This document shows positions 60,622 through 64,000 of a stretch of 64,000 bases of DNA, in pieces. The stretch comes from Candidatus Parcubacteria bacterium (GTDB lineage Bacteria > Patescibacteriota > Minisyncoccia > Minisyncoccales > JAGMDC01): the NCBI GenBank assembly GCA_023131895.1, contig JAGLYZ010000002.1, positions 240,474 through 304,473 of the forward strand, written 5' to 3'. Under the pieces are notes generated by a model, which was not told the DNA's origin, did no database searches, and saw nothing but the letters and a program-made list of their open reading frames with translations. Every line of letters begins with the position of its first letter. Within the stretch, counting starts at the first letter, position 1. Both the position numbers and the translations under genes were made by a program.

Positions 60622-61740
60622 TTACTTGAAAATAAAATAGAAAATTTGAAATCCTGCGCCTAAAAGAAAAAATAAAGGCAATAAATATAACAATGGATTC
60701 ATTTTTTTAGAAAATTTCTTTTTCAAAAAAGCTTTGTAAAGCAAAACAATAATTATTCCCTCTCCCCCAAGAGCAAAAGCACCAGTAATACCAATAACAT
60801 CGATAAATTCCCTTATACCTGCTAAAAACAAAAACAAAGGCAGAAAACAAGCTATAACCCAGGAAAGATTTTTAGACAATTTAAAATCATACCAAAAAAC
60901 TTTTTTTAGAGTCAAACCCAAAGTAAGAAATGAAGTAAAGCAAGCTATAATTCCAAAAATAAAACCAAGCTTAATAATGCCATTGCCAGTTATCCTCGCA
61001 AAACCAGAAATGGCTTTTTCTGAAGTATAAGGGCCGCAGACACTGAATATAACAAATACAAAAAATAAATAAGCAACAGCTGCGATTAAAATTCCAGAAA
61101 CAATAACTTTTTTAAGTTTGTCTTTATCTCCTTTAACTATTTCCTTCAACTCTGGAATTATTGCCGAACCATATAAAGAGAAAAGAATAACGCCGTAAGG
61201 AAAAGTTAAAAACTTCCAATCAATTGTTTTTAAGTAATCAATATTAATAAAAGGCAGAGCTTTTAGAAAAAAAATAATTAAGATAACAAAAAAAATAAAT
61301 AAGAGAGAAAGTTCAATTTGGGATATACTCTTAATTCCTCGAAAAATCAGGTAACTGCCAGCACTAAAAAATATTAGAGTATAAATTAAATTACTTCCGC
61401 CAAAAGCTGGAGCAAAGAGAAATTTTAAAAACTCTCCGCCAACAATTAAGTAAGCCAGAGAAGCGCCGGTCAAGCCAAGCCAAATAAGTAAAAAAGATAA
61501 ATTTTTCCAGCCAGTTCCAAGATATTTATTTACATAACCGGGTAAACGGTGAAGTCCCTTTGTTCCTAAACAAATTTTTCCATAAATTAAATGAATAGTG
61601 ATTACTATTCCTAAAGTCAGTAAAAAATAAAAAAGGATAATAAAAAACCCTGCCTTAGAAGCAACATAAGGCAAGGCGAAAATTCCTACTCCAATTATGG
61701 TTCCAACAAAAACAGCTAAAGCTTTTAAAAAGTCTTTCAT
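60622..61740 (-). CDS. Amino acid permease (aromatic/hydroxy amino acid transporter-like)
   Basis: 372 aa with about 11 TM segments and the N-terminal GTIIGVGIFALPY motif typical of amino acid transporters. Confidence 0.6.
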   Translation of the reverse strand: MKDFLKALAVFVGTIIGVGIFALPYVASKAGFFIILFYFLLTLGIVITIHLIYGKICLGTKGLHRLPGYVNKYLGTGWKNLSFLLIWLGLTGASLAYLIVGGEFLKFLFAPAFGGSNLIYTLIFFSAGSYLIFRGIKSISQIELSLLFIFFVILIIFFLKALPFINIDYLKTIDWKFLTFPYGVILFSLYGSAIIPELKEIVKGDKDKLKKVIVSGILIAAVAYLFFVFVIFSVCGPYTSEKAISGFARITGNGIIKLGFIFGIIACFTSFLTLGLTLKKVFWYDFKLSKNLSWVIACFLPLFLFLAGIREFIDVIGITGAFALGGEGIIIVLLYKAFLKKKFSKKMNPLLYLLPLFFLLGAGFQIFYFIFK

Positions 61741-61766
61741 TTAAATACTTTTAGATTTTATTTATT

Positions 61767-62135
61767 CTAAAACTTTCTTCTTATTTTTACCCGCCCTTCC
61801 TTAACTATCATTAAAGTATTTTGAAATTCTTTTTTCTCTAAAATTTTAGTTTTAAAAAGCCACTCCAATGTTTCATTTACTGATTCTACTGTTTGATTTC
61901 TTAATTTCAAAACAATAACCCAAATTTTTTGTTTAGTTGAGAAATAAAAAATTTCACCGAAATCTAAATCGAAAGTAATGATAATCATTCTCTCTTTTAC
62001 GGCTTTTTCAGCTATTTTAATGTCTTCGGCTTTCTCTAAACCAAAATGAGCTACGGTTTTTGCTTCGTAGCCCTTAGATTTCAAAAATTCTGCGGTCTCG
62101 TAGGAAATATTTGCATCAAGTAAAAACTTAAGCAT
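61767..62135 (-). CDS. DUF5615/PIN-like (Mut7-C-like) putative toxin
   Basis: 122 aa starting MLKFLLDANIS.... Overlaps the upstream DUF433 gene by 8 nt, the usual pairing for this family. Confidence 0.6.
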   Translation of the reverse strand: MLKFLLDANISYETAEFLKSKGYEAKTVAHFGLEKAEDIKIAEKAVKERMIIITFDLDFGEIFYFSTKQKIWVIVLKLRNQTVESVNETLEWLFKTKILEKKEFQNTLMIVKEGRVKIRRKF

Positions 62136-62373
62136 AAACCTTTTTATGAGAAATTCGAGGGATTAATTCCTCCTCATATTTAGTAAGCAACTGGGCATAA
62201 TCCAAGGCAGCTTTAATATCTTTTTTAGTAAGTTGAGGATAAGCTTTTATAACTCGCTCAAAAGTATAGCTAGCTGCTAATAGATTCAATATCAAATAAA
62301 CCGGAATTCTCGTTCCTTTAATCACCGGTTTACCGCGCATTATTTTTGGATTAACTTCAACTCGTTTCTCCAT
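62128..62373 (-). CDS. DUF433-family putative antitoxin
   Basis: 81 aa with the DUF433 core GKPVIKGTRIPVYLILNLL. Confidence 0.7.
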   Translation of the reverse strand: MEKRVEVNPKIMRGKPVIKGTRIPVYLILNLLAASYTFERVIKAYPQLTKKDIKAALDYAQLLTKYEEELIPRISHKKVYA

Positions 62374-62406
62374 ACAATTTTATGATAGAAAATTTTAAAA
62401 CTGATG

Positions 62407-62760
62407 TCAAAATGTTATATTGAAATTTTCTACTTTTAAAAATTCTTTACCATTAATATATACTATTACCTCATGTTTGGTGGAACTCCAAGTAATGACA
62501 AAATGAATTCTTTCGCCTATTCTAAAATTCATTAAAGGCTTTCCTTTAGAAAATAATTCTTGATTTGGAGAATATACTTTTAACTCTAATATTGGAGGAG
62601 CACCATTGGTCGCTTCCAATGATAACAATATCCGCCCATCAGTTCTTGGACTAATTAAATCAGTTATATCTGTTTTTTTGGTTCCAATACTAGTCGGAGT
62701 AAATTTGAATTCTATGGTTCCCTCTGGAGTTTCTAAATTTTGTATATTAAGAATTGGCAT
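62407..62760 (-). CDS. Hypothetical protein, possible LamG/concanavalin-like jelly-roll fragment
   Basis: 117 aa. The pattern HFVITWSSTKHEVIVYINGKEF resembles LamG-type strands. Weak call. Confidence 0.35.
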   Translation of the reverse strand: MPILNIQNLETPEGTIEFKFTPTSIGTKKTDITDLISPRTDGRILLSLEATNGAPPILELKVYSPNQELFSKGKPLMNFRIGERIHFVITWSSTKHEVIVYINGKEFLKVENFNITF

Positions 62761-62789
62761 TTTAATAAATTTATTTTTATTAATAATCT

Positions 62790-63233
62790 CTACAAAATAG
62801 GAGGAGGAATAGCCTCACTTTTCTTTATAATCCCATCAATTTTTGCATTTATCTTCTTTTCTATTTCCTCTGTTTTTTCTTTTTTGAATTCTCTCCAATC
62901 TTTTTCAAATTTAATAAAACTGTAAAATCCAAGCAATACTATTAAAATTGTCATTAAACCTATAATCCACGTGAATGTATTAATATATCTATCCAATCTT
63001 ACTGATGCTTGTTCAAAAGAAGTAATAATATTTAATTCCTTTGTTTTCAAATAATTATCTATAACAACCTTAAAATCATCGTCTTGTAATAATTCTGTTA
63101 TTATTTCTTCTTTTATTTGTGTTTTATCTTCTGTATTTAAATTTTTTGCTTGAATTGAATCAACAGTGATGAAAAAAAATAGAAATAATATTAAGCAGAT
63201 ATAAATTTTATTAATTTGAACTTCTTTTATCAT
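62790..63233 (-). CDS. Hypothetical membrane protein
   Basis: 147 aa with an N-terminal signal/TM segment, an acidic segment, a second TM segment and a K/E-rich tail. Confidence 0.4.
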   Translation of the reverse strand: MIKEVQINKIYICLILFLFFFITVDSIQAKNLNTEDKTQIKEEIITELLQDDDFKVVIDNYLKTKELNIITSFEQASVRLDRYINTFTWIIGLMTILIVLLGFYSFIKFEKDWREFKKEKTEEIEKKINAKIDGIIKKSEAIPPPIL

Positions 63234-63386
63234 TTTAACATTTATTATAAATTTTTGAAAGTTTAATAATATTAAAATATTAAGATATTTACATTCCTAA
63301 ATCAAATTGTTTCTTTTACACTCCATTTCGTCAATTTCATATAGGCTTTTCAAAGATAGAATTAGCTTCATTTTCCCCGACTATAA

Positions 63387-63659
63387 TTATGTCCAGCCAA
63401 TCCAACTAAAAAACGCTATCAAAAAAAGTAATCCCAGGAGAACTACTAGAACATTAAAGATTATAAATTCCACCCAATCACCAATTGTTTTCTTTTGTTC
63501 TTTCTTTATCATCGGATAAGTTGGATAAGCGTGATGTTCCATGGCACTATTTCTTTCGTGCTTTAATCTTTTTTCCTTTCTACTTTCTCTATCTTTTTTC
63601 CATTTCTTAAATTCCTCCTTTAATCTAATTAACCCGCTAATATTGATATTAATAAACAT
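63387..63659 (-). CDS. Hypothetical small membrane protein
   Basis: 90 aa with a basic N-terminal half and a single C-terminal TM segment. Confidence 0.35.
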   Translation of the reverse strand: MFININISGLIRLKEEFKKWKKDRESRKEKRLKHERNSAMEHHAYPTYPMIKKEQKKTIGDWVEFIIFNVLVVLLGLLFLIAFFSWIGWT

Positions 63660-63700
63660 TTTATTGATTCTAAAGTTAAGGTTTGTTCTCTATGATGTAC

Positions 63701-63979
63701 TTAACGATTTAATGCTTCTAAATATGATTTATCATCACTATATGCCACTATATCCTGCATAATAAAAGTTATTTCAATAGGATTACAACCTTTTTTCTCT
63801 AACAATCTATATTTCTCTAATAAATTCCTATCAGAAATTACTTTATTCGCCACATCTTCACCAGCGCCGCCCATTACTAATAAATGATAAATATTCTCTA
63901 ATCTTTTTTTAGGAACCTTATGTTTCTTAATTTTCTCTTTCATAAAATAGTAATCGCTAAAATGGTAAACAAAAGCCAA
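63701..63979 (-). CDS. Hypothetical protein
   Basis: 92 aa ORF close to the window edge. No motif recognised. Confidence 0.3.
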   Translation of the reverse strand: MAFVYHFSDYYFMKEKIKKHKVPKKRLENIYHLLVMGGAGEDVANKVISDRNLLEKYRLLEKKGCNPIEITFIMQDIVAYSDDKSYLEALNR

Positions 63980-64000
63980 AAGATAATTCCAATAAGCCCA

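Noticed and set aside
1-64000. Alternative genetic code (UGA recoding as in some CPR lineages)
   Set aside because: Conserved genes are full length under the standard code, and TGA is used as a genuine stop, for example in ftsZ and the NUDIX gene.

Overview
This is an AT-rich window (about 26% GC in a hand-counted 100-nt housekeeping sample). It is very gene-dense, and most genes lie on the minus strand. Content is mainly housekeeping. It includes parAB, one tRNA-Leu(CAA), a division operon (ftsA-ftsZ), six aminoacyl-tRNA synthetases (hisS, leuS, metG, glyQS, ileS, argS) and topA. It also holds sufCD, UDP-GlcNAc precursor genes (glmS, PMM/PGM, an archaeal-type GlmU-like gene), iorAB, tldD/pmbA, and smpB-ssrA(tmRNA)-infC-rpmI-rplT. 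The rest comprises purM/purB/purC, endoQ, two type II toxin-antitoxin pairs and a tail of small hypothetical genes. Native genes mostly lack Shine-Dalgarno sequences. By inference, the gene set and style fit a small-genome CPR/Patescibacteria-like bacterium using the standard code. No rRNA, CRISPR array, integrase or transposase gene was seen. Six observations stand out. (1) Several families of short GC-rich palindromic or structured repeats sit in frame inside conserved housekeeping ORFs (topA, sufC, sufD, iorA, leuS, tatD, metG, ileS, argS, endoQ) and in intergenic spacers, resembling Rickettsia palindromic elements. (2) A roughly 157-bp MITE-like element with terminal inverted repeats occurs twice, and each copy donates the last codons and the stop codon to the upstream gene. 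(3) IleRS carries an internal insertion of about 190 aa that looks like a complete histidine-phosphatase (PGAM-like) domain. (4) Two higher-GC, Shine-Dalgarno-bearing islands are present: purB-purC, and a decayed pyrD/PRTase remnant that splits iorA from iorB. (5) A duplicated consensus promoter with a compensatorily conserved spacer palindrome drives an orphan 90-aa gene. (6) Three smaller items are an FTR-like/thioredoxin/PP-loop trio, a GGGPS/PcrB lipid gene next to a PAP2 phosphatase, and an FtsZ with no C-terminal tail. All calls come from reading the sequence and the ORF track by eye. No searches were run.
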